Positions 1-9,704 of a stretch of 64,000 nucleotides of DNA are shown one piece after another (position 1 is the stretch's first letter; the number at the start of each line of letters is the position of its first letter). Source of the stretch: Minisyncoccota bacterium (lineage in GTDB: Bacteria; Patescibacteriota; Minisyncoccia; Phycocordibacterales; UBA9973); NCBI GenBank assembly GCA_041657445.1, contig JBBABV010000002.1, forward strand, positions 3,364 through 67,363, in the 5' to 3' direction. A program made the translations under genes and the position numbers. The notes beneath the pieces are model-generated. The model made no database searches. It was not told the DNA's origin and worked only from the letters and a program-made list of their open reading frames with translations.

Positions 1-1095
1 ACATATTCGTTTATTGATCGTGGTGGTCGTGATGTAACTTTACGGCCAGAAATGACGCCAACGGTTGCCCGTATGGTTGCGAACAAAAGAAAAACCCTGT
101 TTTTCCCGCTACGATGGTACTCTATACCGAATTGCTTCAGGTATGAACGTCCACAGCGTGGACGGCTTCGTGAATTCTGGCAACTTAATGTCGATCTACT
201 AGGAACAGATAGCTTGTTTGCTGATGCTGAAATAATAAAAATAGCCTATGACATAATGGACGCTTTTGGCGCAGACCCGAAAACTTTTGTGATCAAAGTA
301 AACAACAGGAAGCTTATGAATGAATTCTTTAAAGAGATTCTAAAACTTGATGAAGAAAAATCCTATCGTCTTTCAAAGCTTATCGATAAAAAATCAAAAG
401 TTTCCGAGAAAGAGTTCACGGAAGAGTCAGAAAGCCTTGTAGGGAACCAAAGAGAACTCCTTGATGCGTTTTTAAAAGCAACTACGCTCGACGAATTGCC
501 AGAAATCATTAGTGATTCCAAAAATTTAAAAGAGTTAAGAGATGTCATGAACACTTTAAATTCTCAGGGTGTTAAAAACTGTATATTTGACCCGACACTT
601 ATGCGAGGTTTTGACTACTACACAGGAATTGTTTTTGAAGTTTTTGATTTGAACCCATTAAATAACCGCTCACTCTTTGGAGGTGGACGATATGATAATC
701 TAGTTGATTTGTTTGGAGTGGAACCAGTACCGGCAGTGGGATTCGGCATGGGAGATCTAACTATGCAAACTTATTTAGAAACCTATAACTTAACGCCAAA
801 GCTCGAAACAAAAATAGATGTGATCATTTGTATGCTCGATAAGCAAATCATTACCCAAGCAGTAGAGCTTGCAACAGTGTTGAGGAAAAATGGTGTAACT
901 GTCGTTATTGATTATACCGATAAAAAAATGGGCCAAAAAATAAAAAACGCAGATAAAAAACAAATTCCTTTTGTTGTTATTTATGGACCGGAAGAAGTAG
1001 CACGCAATGAGGTGACTATCAAAATGATGAAAACAGGTAAACAGAAAACTATTCCGCAAAATCAAATTACTAATTACTTTAAGGGATACAACTAA
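1..1095 (+). CDS. hisS: Histidyl-tRNA synthetase-like protein, 5'-partial (the reading frame is open back to nt 1). Class II aaRS core with a C-terminal HGTP anticodon-binding-like domain. Could act as HisS and/or as the HisZ regulatory partner of the short-form HisG.
   Basis: Frame 1 is open from nt 1 (TYSFIDRGGRDVTLRPEMTP...), matching HisS motif 2 (RYERPQRGRxREFWQ). Motif 3 FGGGRYDNL is present, and the C-terminal VVIDYTDKK...IPFVVIYGPEEVARNEVTIKMMKTGKQ resembles an anticodon-binding domain. Sits directly upstream of hisG. Confidence 0.75.
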   Translation, partial: TYSFIDRGGRDVTLRPEMTPTVARMVANKRKTLFFPLRWYSIPNCFRYERPQRGRLREFWQLNVDLLGTDSLFADAEIIKIAYDIMDAFGADPKTFVIKVNNRKLMNEFFKEILKLDEEKSYRLSKLIDKKSKVSEKEFTEESESLVGNQRELLDAFLKATTLDELPEIISDSKNLKELRDVMNTLNSQGVKNCIFDPTLMRGFDYYTGIVFEVFDLNPLNNRSLFGGGRYDNLVDLFGVEPVPAVGFGMGDLTMQTYLETYNLTPKLETKIDVIICMLDKQIITQAVELATVLRKNGVTVVIDYTDKKMGQKIKNADKKQIPFVVIYGPEEVARNEVTIKMMKTGKQKTIPQNQITNYFKGYN

Positions 1096-1097
1096 AT

Positions 1098-1712
1098 ATG
1101 AAAAATGATAGATTAAAAATTGCGATACAGAAAAAAGGGAGACTAAGTGAAGCTAGTTTGGCATTTCTTAATTCTCTTGGTCTTAAATTTATACCTAATG
1201 GTCATTATTTAATACAAAAGTGTGAGAATAAAGATATAGATCTTATTCTCTTACGCGATGATGATATTCCCGAGTATGTCAGCCGGGGTGTCGCTGATTT
1301 TGCAATTATTGGGGAAAACGTTCTCTTGGAAAAGCAGATGAGCGCAGATGTAATTCGTGAATTAGATTTTGCTAAATGTCGCTTGGATATTGCTGTGCCT
1401 GAAAATTCATCAATTAAAACACCCGAGGATTTAGAGGGAGAACGCATAGCAACTACCTACCCCGAGCTATTAAAAGCATACTTAGCCAAAAATAATATCA
1501 ACTCCGCCATTATTCCCATTCAGGGTTCTGTAGAAATAACCCCTGAACTAAATTTAGCTGATGCAATTTGTGATGTGGTGCAAACTGGCAATACTTTGAA
1601 AGCCCACAATCTAAAATCCCTCGTAACGATTTTAGAATCTAAAGCTTTATTAATTACAAATAATGTCCCGAAGGAAGGTAAAGAAGCATTAAAAGAACTC
1701 TTACTAAAATAA
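1098..1712 (+). CDS. hisG: ATP phosphoribosyltransferase, short form (HisG_S, 204 aa)
   Basis: N-terminus MKNDRLKIAIQKKGRLSEASLAFLNSLGL and length are typical of short-form HisG. Starts 3 nt after the upstream stop. Confidence 0.9.
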   Translation: MKNDRLKIAIQKKGRLSEASLAFLNSLGLKFIPNGHYLIQKCENKDIDLILLRDDDIPEYVSRGVADFAIIGENVLLEKQMSADVIRELDFAKCRLDIAVPENSSIKTPEDLEGERIATTYPELLKAYLAKNNINSAIIPIQGSVEITPELNLADAICDVVQTGNTLKAHNLKSLVTILESKALLITNNVPKEGKEALKELLLK

Positions 1713-1715
1713 TCT

Positions 1716-2321
1716 ATGAAAAAGATAAACACCAAAAAAATAAATTGGGAAAAGGTTAACGGCCTTATCCCCGCCGTAATTCAAGATTTTTCTACTGGGT
1801 TGGTTTTAATGCTTGGTTACATGAATCAAGAAGCACTCACAAAAACTATGAAAAATGGCTTTGTGTGGTTTTATAGCCGAACCAGAAAAAAATTGTGGAT
1901 GAAGGGTGAAACCAGTGGCAATACTTTAAAAGTTCTGGATATAAAGCTAGATTGTGACAACGATACCTTACTTATCAAAGCCTTACCCAAAGGACATGTT
2001 TGTCACACAGGAGAACTAACATGTTTTTTTGAGACTCCAACGAATAACCCTATAAGAGATTTATTTACTACAATTATCAGTCGCAAAAATAAACTTCCAA
2101 AAGGGTCATATACAACTTCTCTCTTCAAAGCTGGCTTGGATAAAATTTCCTTGAAAGTGGCTGAGGAATCTTTAGAAGTTGTTCACGCTGCACAAAAACA
2201 AACACAAAAACGGCTCGTCGAAGAAGCTGTCGATCTCTTCTATCACCTTTTTGTCCTATTAGCAGAAAAAGAGATCACTTTAGAACAGGTCGAATCTGAA
2301 ATTAAAAAACGCCAGAAATAA
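1716..2321 (+). CDS. hisI: Bifunctional phosphoribosyl-AMP cyclohydrolase / phosphoribosyl-ATP pyrophosphatase (HisI-HisE fusion)
   Basis: HisI-like N-half (GLIPAVIQD...WFYSRTRKKLWMKGETSGN...CHTGELTCFF) and HisE-like C-half (KLPKGSYTTSLFKAGLDKISLKVAEESLEV). Confidence 0.9.
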   Translation: MKKINTKKINWEKVNGLIPAVIQDFSTGLVLMLGYMNQEALTKTMKNGFVWFYSRTRKKLWMKGETSGNTLKVLDIKLDCDNDTLLIKALPKGHVCHTGELTCFFETPTNNPIRDLFTTIISRKNKLPKGSYTTSLFKAGLDKISLKVAEESLEVVHAAQKQTQKRLVEEAVDLFYHLFVLLAEKEITLEQVESEIKKRQK

Positions 2322-2336
2322 ACTATAAAATAATTT

Positions 2337-3629
2337 ATGAAAATATTATCTACAAAAAAATATTCTCCATCAAAAATAATGAATATTATTCAACGGAAAC
2401 AAAGCCAGAAAGCTGACGTAGAAAAAGTAGTACGAAATATCATTCAGAGTGTCCGTAAGGATAAAGATAAAGCGTTATTTTCTCTGTCTGAACAGTTCGA
2501 TGGAGTTAAACTAAAAACACTCGGAGTTTTTAGAGAAGAAATTCTCGAAGCCTATACGCAGGAATCCAAAGAAGTTGTAAAAGCCCTAAAGGTAGCCAAA
2601 GCTAATATAGAAAAGTTCCACAAAAATAACGTAAAGAAGAAAGAAACTCCTATTGCAACAGCCAAGGGTGTAGAAGTTTGGCGAGAGTTTAGACCTATTG
2701 AAAAGATAGGACTTTACATTCCTGGAGGAAAAGCGGCCTATCCATCTACAGTTCTTATGCTCGGAGTACCGGCTAAAATTGCAGGTTGTAGTGAAATTGT
2801 TTTATGCGTACCGCCCGGGAAAGATGGCAAAGTTCCTAGTGTTGTGTTGGTCGCAGCCGATATCTGTGGTATATCAAAAATTTTCAAAGTCGGAGGTGCT
2901 CAAGCAATCGCCGCTATGGCTTATGGTACCGAATCAATACCAAAGGTTTCAAAAATATTTGGACCGGGGAATCAATACGTAACGACAGCCAAGATGCTCG
3001 TGTATGGAGAAGTTGATATAGATATGCCAGCAGGACCTTCAGAGGTTCTGGTATTTGCTGATACGACCGCCAATCCTGCTTGGGTAGCGGCTGACTTACT
3101 GTCTCAACTTGAACACGGAGAAGACTCTCAAGCAATACTGGTTACGGGATCACAAGTCATTGCCAGCCAAGTTTTAGCTGAAGTTAGGAAACAAACAAAA
3201 AATCTCTCACGAAAAGAGATTATTAAACAATCTCTTAAAAAAAGTTTTGCGGTTGTTGTGGAAAACGAAAATCAAGCGTGTAAACTCATTAACGAATACG
3301 CCCCTGAACACTTAGAAATTATAAGTGAAAATGAAAAGCAGATACTTGAGAAAATTAACAATGCAGGTTCGGTATTCTTGGGCCCTTATTCAAGTGAACC
3401 TTTAGGTGACTATGCGACTGGCAGTAATCACACCTTACCTACTTCCGGATACGCCAAAATGTTCTCAGCACTCTCCGTCGAATCATTTGGCAAGAAGATG
3501 CAAATTCAACGTGTTACTAAAGACGGAATTAAAAGACTAAAAACTACAGTTGAAGTTCTGGCCAAGAGAGAAAGACTAGATGCTCACAAGAATGCAATTA
3601 GTATTAGATTCAATAAAATTTATGATTAA
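2337..3629 (+). CDS. hisD: Histidinol dehydrogenase
   Basis: 430 aa with conserved HisD stretches (IPGGKAAYPSTVLMLGVPAKIAGC, FGPGNQYVTTAK, DYATGSNHTLPT). Confidence 0.92.
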   Translation: MKILSTKKYSPSKIMNIIQRKQSQKADVEKVVRNIIQSVRKDKDKALFSLSEQFDGVKLKTLGVFREEILEAYTQESKEVVKALKVAKANIEKFHKNNVKKKETPIATAKGVEVWREFRPIEKIGLYIPGGKAAYPSTVLMLGVPAKIAGCSEIVLCVPPGKDGKVPSVVLVAADICGISKIFKVGGAQAIAAMAYGTESIPKVSKIFGPGNQYVTTAKMLVYGEVDIDMPAGPSEVLVFADTTANPAWVAADLLSQLEHGEDSQAILVTGSQVIASQVLAEVRKQTKNLSRKEIIKQSLKKSFAVVVENENQACKLINEYAPEHLEIISENEKQILEKINNAGSVFLGPYSSEPLGDYATGSNHTLPTSGYAKMFSALSVESFGKKMQIQRVTKDGIKRLKTTVEVLAKRERLDAHKNAISIRFNKIYD

Positions 3630-4662
3630 TTCATTAGTGCGTTCAAACTTAAGAAACTTTAAACCATATAGCTCAGCTCGCAGCCTTTATCAAAAGGGAG
3701 TATTTATGGATGCCAATGAGAACTCTCTGGGTAGTGTAATTTCTACAGAATACAGTTCTGAACTAAATCGTTACCCAGATCCTTTATCTATGGATCTGAG
3801 AAAAGCCTTAGGGAAATTCTTAGATATTTCAGAAAAAAATATCTTTGTAGGGAGTGGATCGGATGAAATAATCGATTTGTTGATTCGCCTTTTTGTAGAA
3901 CAGGACGAAGAAATAATTGTAGAAGAACCATCTTATGGAATGTATAAGGTAGCTGCTGAAGTTGCGGGAGTAAAAGTAAAAAGCGTCCTATTAAAAGCAG
4001 ATTTTCAGATAGATATTTCAAACTTACTTTCTCAAATTACCTTTAAGACTAAAATTATTTTCCTTTGCTCACCGAACAATCCGACAGGAGCTTTGATAAG
4101 TTTTGAAGATATAGAAAATATCTGCAAGAACTTCAAAGGAATAGTAGTCGTAGATGAAGCGTATGTAGAATTTTCCTCCAAACCCTCTCTAGTGAATAAA
4201 GTCTCCAGTATAGAAAACTTGGTTGTCCTTCGAACATTTTCTAAGGCGTGGGGGTTAGCCGGTATAAGGGTTGGATATGCTGTAGCACAAGAAGAAATAA
4301 TTGATTACTTAAACAAAATAAAATTGCCCTATAACTTGAATCGCATTTCAAGCAAACTTGCTATTGAAGCTTTGGGTGAATACCAAAAAATGCTGGAGCT
4401 TAGAGAAATTATCCTGGGTGAACGAGAAAAACTGGCAAACGACTTAATCGACTTGGACTTTAAGGTTTTTCCCAGTGAAGCTAATTTTTTACTGGTTAAT
4501 TACCCAAATGCTTCAGAGGTCGCTAAAACCCTTGCTTTGGAGTATGGAATTATTATTAGAGATTTTGGTTCCAAACCAATGCTTAAGGACTGCGTACGAA
4601 TATCTGTAGGATCGTCAGAACAGAATGATTTATTAATAAAATCACTAAAGAAAATTTTATGA
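3622..4662 (+). CDS. hisC: Histidinol-phosphate aminotransferase. The ORF track starts at 3580; the start at 3622 (MINSLVRSNL..., 8-nt overlap with hisD) or at 3706 (MDANEN) is more likely.
   Basis: Class I/II aminotransferase with PLP-lysine context (RTFSKAWGLAGIRVGY) and the N-terminal KPYSSARS motif. Confidence 0.85.
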   Translation: MINSLVRSNLRNFKPYSSARSLYQKGVFMDANENSLGSVISTEYSSELNRYPDPLSMDLRKALGKFLDISEKNIFVGSGSDEIIDLLIRLFVEQDEEIIVEEPSYGMYKVAAEVAGVKVKSVLLKADFQIDISNLLSQITFKTKIIFLCSPNNPTGALISFEDIENICKNFKGIVVVDEAYVEFSSKPSLVNKVSSIENLVVLRTFSKAWGLAGIRVGYAVAQEEIIDYLNKIKLPYNLNRISSKLAIEALGEYQKMLELREIILGEREKLANDLIDLDFKVFPSEANFLLVNYPNASEVAKTLALEYGIIIRDFGSKPMLKDCVRISVGSSEQNDLLIKSLKKIL

Positions 4663-5720
4663 AAAAATCTATAGAAAAATTGAAGGTGGCATTCCTAGAC
4701 CGTGACGGGGTTCTGATTTATGAACCACAAGATACTAAACAAATTGATAGCCTAGAAAAGTTACAGATTTTGCCTAAAGTAATAACTGGACTGAAGACCC
4801 TCTTAAATTCTGGCTACAAACTAGTCATGGTATCTAATCAGGACGGTCTGGGTACAAAATCTTTTCCCACTGTTGATTTTGAGGTGGTGCAAAATAAATT
4901 ACTTGAGATTTTTAAAGAAGAAGAAATTTCCTTTTCCGAGATCTTTATCTGTCCACACTTCGAAAGTGATAAATGTAGTTGCAGAAAACCCAAAACAGGG
5001 CTTTTAGAAAAATTCTTATCTACAAACCTAATAGATTTAGAAAAGTCATTTGTTGTAGGAGATAGAAAAAGCGACGAGGAATTAGCTAAAAACCTCGGGG
5101 TTAAATTTTATCAAGTTGAAGTAAATGGATCTTTCCCAAGACTAGGTTCTGTCGAAAGAAATACCAAAGAGACAGAAGTGTTCATAAGATGTAATCTTGA
5201 TGGGCAAGGCATATTCAACATTGATACAGGAGTAAATTTCTTTAATCACATGTTAGAGCAATTTTCTAAGCACTCTCTTATTGATATAGACATCAAAGCA
5301 AATGGGGGCTTGAAAGTAGATGATCACCACACAATAGAAGATGTCGGTTTATCACTTGGGCAGGCCTTATTACAAGCCCTAAGCGACAGAAAAGGTATTA
5401 GGCGCTATGGCTTCCTATTACCTATGGATGACACCTTGGTGGAAGTAGCGATTGATTTGGGCGGTAGACCTTACCTAGTATTTAACTGCGACTTTAAAAG
5501 AGAAAAAGTCGGAGATTTACCTACTGAAATGGTCGAACACTTTTTCAGATCGGTAGCTGAATCTTTGAAAGCAAATATTCACATTAATGTTAAATACAGC
5601 AAAAATGAGCACCACAAAATTGAGGCAATTTTTAAGGCCTTTGCAAAATCTTTACGGATGGCAGTCGAAGCAGATTCTAGGCAAAAAGATAAACTACCTT
5701 CTACCAAGGGAATATTATGA
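4659..5720 (+). CDS. hisB: Bifunctional histidinol-phosphatase (HAD) / imidazoleglycerol-phosphate dehydratase
   Basis: N-terminal HAD motif VAFLDRDGVLI followed by an IGPD domain (DDHHTIEDVGLSLGQAL, HINVKYSKNEHHKIEA). 4-nt overlap with hisC. Confidence 0.9.
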   Translation: MKKSIEKLKVAFLDRDGVLIYEPQDTKQIDSLEKLQILPKVITGLKTLLNSGYKLVMVSNQDGLGTKSFPTVDFEVVQNKLLEIFKEEEISFSEIFICPHFESDKCSCRKPKTGLLEKFLSTNLIDLEKSFVVGDRKSDEELAKNLGVKFYQVEVNGSFPRLGSVERNTKETEVFIRCNLDGQGIFNIDTGVNFFNHMLEQFSKHSLIDIDIKANGGLKVDDHHTIEDVGLSLGQALLQALSDRKGIRRYGFLLPMDDTLVEVAIDLGGRPYLVFNCDFKREKVGDLPTEMVEHFFRSVAESLKANIHINVKYSKNEHHKIEAIFKAFAKSLRMAVEADSRQKDKLPSTKGIL

Positions 5721-6304
5721 AAATAGCAATCATTGATTATGGAGCAAGTAATTTGCAGAGTGTAGCCAATGCGTTAACTTCGCTTGGCAAATCTTTTGAA
5801 ATTGTCAGTGACCCAGAGAAACTTACTGATTTTGATAAGGTTATTTTACCTGGTGTGGGAGCTGCGGGTAGCGCAATGAAAAAACTTATCAAAAGTGGTT
5901 TTGCTGAAATCTTACCCAAATTGAAAGTCCCAACCTTGGGAGTATGTTTGGGATTGCAGTTATTTGCCGATTTCTCCGAAGAAGATAACACAAAGTGCCT
6001 ATCAATAATCCCTGGTGAAGTGAACAAATTCCAAACTGAACTAAAAGTTCCACATATGGGTTGGAATAAAGTTGAGTTTGTAAAAAATTCCTCCCTAGTT
6101 GCCGGCATCCCCAACAACAGCTTCTTCTATTTCGTGCACTCGTATTGCCTTGAAACTGAAGATAAATTTATTATAGGAAAAACAGCTTATGGCATTAATT
6201 TCCCAGCAATCGTTCAGAAAGACAACTTCTATGCTGTGCAGTTTCACCCTGAAAAATCTGGACAATGGGGACTAAAATTATTAGCTAACTTCTGTGATTT
6301 ATGA
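5717..6304 (+). CDS. hisH: Imidazole glycerol phosphate synthase, glutamine amidotransferase subunit
   Basis: Class I GATase triad context (GVCLGLQLF ... VQFHPEKS), 195 aa. Confidence 0.9.
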   Translation: MKIAIIDYGASNLQSVANALTSLGKSFEIVSDPEKLTDFDKVILPGVGAAGSAMKKLIKSGFAEILPKLKVPTLGVCLGLQLFADFSEEDNTKCLSIIPGEVNKFQTELKVPHMGWNKVEFVKNSSLVAGIPNNSFFYFVHSYCLETEDKFIIGKTAYGINFPAIVQKDNFYAVQFHPEKSGQWGLKLLANFCDL

Positions 6305-7788
6305 TAATTATTCCCGCCATAGATATTTTTGATGGAAAATGTGTGCGTCTCACACAAGGCGATTTTGGTCTGTCAAAGACATATAATGAAAACCCTGTTG
6401 CTGTAGCTAAAGAATTTGAAAGACTGGGAGCGCAATTCTTGCACATCATTGATTTAGAAGGGGCTAAAGAAAGACGACCGATGAATAAAGAAATAATTTT
6501 AGCCATAGTGAAGGCAGTTCAAATTCCTGTCCAAGTTGGAGGTGGTATTCGTTCTTATGATGACGCAAAGGTCTATCTAGAAAATGGAGTCGCTAGAATT
6601 ATTCTTAGTTCTATCATTATTGAAAACCCCAAAATGTTAGAGAAGTTGGTGAAGGAATTTGGAAGCTCAAAAATAGTTTTTTCGCTTGATATACGAAATG
6701 GACAATTTGCCAGCGCTGGCTGGAAAGATTTGGAGAAAAAATCTATTGCCGACATTCTTGAGTTTATCAAAACAATAAGAATAAAAACGATCATTGTGAC
6801 GGATGTTGCCAAGGATGGAATGCTCGAAGGGCCTAATTTGGAGTTAATGAAACAGATGCTTAAAGAAAAATTGGAGATTATAACTGCCGGGGGTGTTTCT
6901 TCAATTTCCGATCTATTAGAACTGAAAAAAATAAGAATAAAAAGCGTAATTATTGGTAAAGCACTTTACGAAGGAAAGATTGATCTACAAGAAGCCCTTA
7001 ATTTTACTAAACTTGTTTCTAATTTAACCAAAAGGATTATCCCTTGTTTGGATGTAAAAGATGGGAAGGTCGTTAAAGGTGTTCGTTTTCGTGACCACGC
7101 TGTAATTGGAGATATTGTCGAACTTGCTAAACGATATAGCGACGAAGGAGCTGATGAATTAGTTTTCTATGACATTACCGCCAGCACGGAAGCCAGAACT
7201 GTATCAATTGATTGGGTAAAAAAAGTATCCAAAGTAATTAATATTCCATTTTGCGTGGCCGGTGGTATTACCTCGGTTGAAGATGCAAGAAAAATCTTAC
7301 AAAGTGGTGCGGATAAAATTTCCATTAATTCGCCTGCACTTGAAAATCCAGATCTGATTAATAATCTGGTTAAAGAATTTGGCTCTCAGGCTGTTGTGGT
7401 TGGAATAGATAGTCTAAAAGAAGGCGACGAGTATTTTGTAAAACAATACACTGGTGATCCAGACAAAACTCAATCAACCAAATGGCTTACTTTTGATTGG
7501 GCACTAGAGGCTCAAAATCGAGGTGCTGGTGAAATAGTGCTTAATTGCATGAACCAAGACGGAACTCGTAAAGGTTATGACATTGATCAGCTTAAGGTAT
7601 TGTCTAAATTACTCACAATCCCCGTAGTCGCTTCTGGTGGAGCAGGTTCAGCCGAAGATTTTGTGAAAGTTTTTCAGGAAACTAATGTTGATGCAGGATT
7701 AGCCGCAAGTATTTTTCACAGCAGAAAAATTTCTATCCTAGACCTAAAAAACGTTCTAAAGGAAAATAATATACAAATTCGTTTATGA
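6301..7788 (+). CDS. hisAF: Fused ProFAR isomerase (HisA) / IGP synthase cyclase subunit (HisF), one 495-aa polypeptide
   Basis: N-half is HisA-like ([23 protein letters not shown]...VQVGGGIRS). C-half is HisF-like ([22 protein letters not shown]...VFYDITAS...[12 protein letters not shown]). No stop codon lies between the two halves. Confidence 0.85.
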   Translation: MIIIPAIDIFDGKCVRLTQGDFGLSKTYNENPVAVAKEFERLGAQFLHIIDLEGAKERRPMNKEIILAIVKAVQIPVQVGGGIRSYDDAKVYLENGVARIILSSIIIENPKMLEKLVKEFGSSKIVFSLDIRNGQFASAGWKDLEKKSIADILEFIKTIRIKTIIVTDVAKDGMLEGPNLELMKQMLKEKLEIITAGGVSSISDLLELKKIRIKSVIIGKALYEGKIDLQEALNFTKLVSNLTKRIIPCLDVKDGKVVKGVRFRDHAVIGDIVELAKRYSDEGADELVFYDITASTEARTVSIDWVKKVSKVINIPFCVAGGITSVEDARKILQSGADKISINSPALENPDLINNLVKEFGSQAVVVGIDSLKEGDEYFVKQYTGDPDKTQSTKWLTFDWALEAQNRGAGEIVLNCMNQDGTRKGYDIDQLKVLSKLLTIPVVASGGAGSAEDFVKVFQETNVDAGLAASIFHSRKISILDLKNVLKENNIQIRL

Positions 7789-7795
7789 AAACAAA

Positions 7796-7822
7796 AAACC
7801 ACCCAACAGGGTGATTTTTTGT
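7796..7822 (+). terminator. Rho-independent terminator of the his operon
   Basis: CCACCC-aaca-GGGTG hairpin followed by ATTTTTTG. Confidence 0.7.
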
Positions 7823-7900
7823 TCTGAATACTGCTCTCAGCAGGTATGCTATGACTGAATAGTTTCTTGAGTGGTTTCGACGCATCTCGTGCGGGATAAC

Positions 7901-7918
7901 CTAGCTCAAGCTGGCTGG
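7901..7918. repeat. Left direct repeat (att-like) of the integrated element: ctagctcaagCtggctgg
   Basis: 17/18 identical to 21539-21556 (ctagctcaagTtggctgg), which overlaps the tRNA-Gln 3' end. Confidence 0.65.
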
Positions 7919-7982
7919 CGTCCTTGAGCCAGAACCGTGGTCGGTCAAGCCCCGTAAGGACATTTTTAATACCTTTATTCTA

Positions 7983-8132
7983 TCATTTCGACGGTCTTTG
8001 AGCAGTAGGTTTTTTATACCGATCTGGATTCTGCTTTTTATCTTGCTCTAATAGCCATTGAAAGACTGCCACCACTCTATCGGTTTCTTCCTTAGTCCAA
8101 TTTTTAGGATTTCTTTTATCTTCTTGATTCAT
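7983..8132 (-). CDS. Small hypothetical protein (49 aa) at the island edge. Not in the ORF track because it is under 60 aa.
   Basis: ATG at 8132, TGA at 7983-7985. Translation: MNQEDKRNPKNWTKEETDRVVAVFQWLLEQDKKQNPDRYKKPTAQRPSK. Confidence 0.3.
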   Translation of the reverse strand: MNQEDKRNPKNWTKEETDRVVAVFQWLLEQDKKQNPDRYKKPTAQRPSK

Positions 8133-8177
8133 AAAAAGTGACAAAAGTGACACAGGTTTGAGTATAAAAGTTACAGA

Positions 8178-8792
8178 CTACTGCAACTTTTTAACCTCAA
8201 AAGAGCCTGTATTATTACGATCTCTGCCCGAGTAATACTCTGTTTGAAGTATTCCTTCATCTTCCAGTTTTGCAGATGCTGACCCCTCATGTATGTGCAT
8301 ACTTTCGGGAGCATTATCTTTTGGTTTGTTTCTGTATTGATAATGTATTCGAGCTGTTCCAAATTCATCAACATTCATTGATGCCTCAAAACTAAAAGAT
8401 TCTGATGTCTCTGTTTCTAGGTAAATCAGCATGTGTGTCCATGTTTGTTTGATACAAAATTTTTTTATCGGTATTGGACCATTAGCATGATTTGAATGAG
8501 AAGTTATATTTCCAGACCAGTTTCCATCTACGATAGGAGTTTTTATATTAGTAATTTTGCGAATAAAATTATTTCTCCACAACTTAGTCTCGAACCACTT
8601 ATGTAAAATTCCGTAAAAACCAATCACCGAAGGAGCCTCAACCCACCACGGAAGTGCAAAGATATTTTGTGAGAAAAGATATAAACCCCAGGCAAGCAAT
8701 ATAGACAATACCGCAAGGTAGAGCGATACATACTTGTGTTCTTCTGAATTTATTGAATATGGATGAATATTTTGCATAATTATTGATTCCAA
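8178..8792 (-). CDS. Putative CBASS effector: two N-terminal TM helices plus a C-terminal beta-rich domain (Cap15 / S-2TM-beta-like)
   Basis: 204 aa. Hydrophobic helices at residues ~22-42 and ~47-70, then a soluble ~130-aa domain. Overlaps the upstream NTase gene by 13 nt and is the last gene of the operon. Confidence 0.5.
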   Translation of the reverse strand: MESIIMQNIHPYSINSEEHKYVSLYLAVLSILLAWGLYLFSQNIFALPWWVEAPSVIGFYGILHKWFETKLWRNNFIRKITNIKTPIVDGNWSGNITSHSNHANGPIPIKKFCIKQTWTHMLIYLETETSESFSFEASMNVDEFGTARIHYQYRNKPKDNAPESMHIHEGSASAKLEDEGILQTEYYSGRDRNNTGSFEVKKLQ

Positions 8793-9703
8793 TTATCCCA
8801 AAGCTCTACAAAAGCACTGATAGTTTTTACTGCATCATCTTGATTCCATTGCTCCTCACTTTCACCAAATAATTCATGAAAATGGTTTTGACACACACAT
8901 TGACCAAGTGGCAATGCAGACCAGAGGTGTTTTAATACGGCGTGTACGGTCGTGGAATGATCACCAGCGAAATGTTCATCAGGGACATTGTAAACTAATG
9001 ACTGTAAGAAATACGATGGTGCTATACCATCGACAAGTTTACCTGTATCAACAAGATGATTTCTCATATTCTTGAAAATTCGTACTGTTGGCTTAAAGCG
9101 TCCACCTGTACGAGTATCTGAATTTTTATTAACTCCATTTTGATAGTGGTGCTCTGGATAATTTATAATTCCACGATTTGTTGTGCGATGATAGAACTTC
9201 ACACCCTCTTCTGCATTATGACTATTGGTACCATAAAAATAATTATATTTACGATAATTTATAACAGGAACAATATCAGCCTTTAATCTTCCTGAAGAAG
9301 GTTTGAGTTTAATTGATTTATTACCACTTGTATCAACGGACAGTAGTCCATAATATTTGGTTAGAGCAGAGATGACATCTCTGCGTAAATCTTGCCAATC
9401 ATAAACAGCACTACTGTATGTCTGGTCATGAGCATTTTTCTGATCATAAGGAAGTTCATGTGCATTATGACCAAATGTGGTTGTTAGTTCGACAACTACA
9501 TCAACATCGCTATCTGCTCGAATATTTGTATCATTTTTATACGATCCCTGGAGATAGATTTTTACCGAGCCATTATTGATACGATCTTTAAGTGGAGACT
9601 GATCGTGTGTTAGTGCAGTCCGGATAGATTCATGTGTTGTTTTTGCTGAAACAGTAGCACCTTGATTCGACCATGTTGTTAGTTGAGAGAGTGGAATTGC
9701 CAT
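8780..9703 (-). CDS. cGAS/DncV-like nucleotidyltransferase (CD-NTase, SMODS-type)
   Basis: Pol-beta NTase signature GSYKNDTNIRADSDVDVVV (GS...[DE]h[DE]h) and a later third acidic motif KADIVPV (hDhhP). 307 aa, typical CD-NTase size. The ATG lies 1 nt past the TGA of the upstream gene. Confidence 0.6.
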   Translation of the reverse strand: MAIPLSQLTTWSNQGATVSAKTTHESIRTALTHDQSPLKDRINNGSVKIYLQGSYKNDTNIRADSDVDVVVELTTTFGHNAHELPYDQKNAHDQTYSSAVYDWQDLRRDVISALTKYYGLLSVDTSGNKSIKLKPSSGRLKADIVPVINYRKYNYFYGTNSHNAEEGVKFYHRTTNRGIINYPEHHYQNGVNKNSDTRTGGRFKPTVRIFKNMRNHLVDTGKLVDGIAPSYFLQSLVYNVPDEHFAGDHSTTVHAVLKHLWSALPLGQCVCQNHFHELFGESEEQWNQDDAVKTISAFVELWDNWNQ

Positions 9704-9704
9704 A

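Noticed and set aside
363-6506. Antisense ORFs inside the his genes (363-554, 790-1065, 1205-1447, 1520-1735, 2914-3135, 3788-4021, 5737-6117, 6285-6506)
   Set aside because: They lie entirely within, and antisense to, strongly supported his CDSs, and their low-complexity translations are typical of AT-rich antisense frames.
7826-7900. Possible small ncRNA between the his terminator and the left repeat
   Set aside because: No recognisable family (tRNA, SRP, 6S, tmRNA) and no convincing structure. It is probably just the spacer that held the original att flank.
7918-7960. Partial tRNA copy at the left island end
   Set aside because: The sequence after the 18-bp repeat lacks a GGUUCGANUCC T-arm, so only the short repeat is duplicated.
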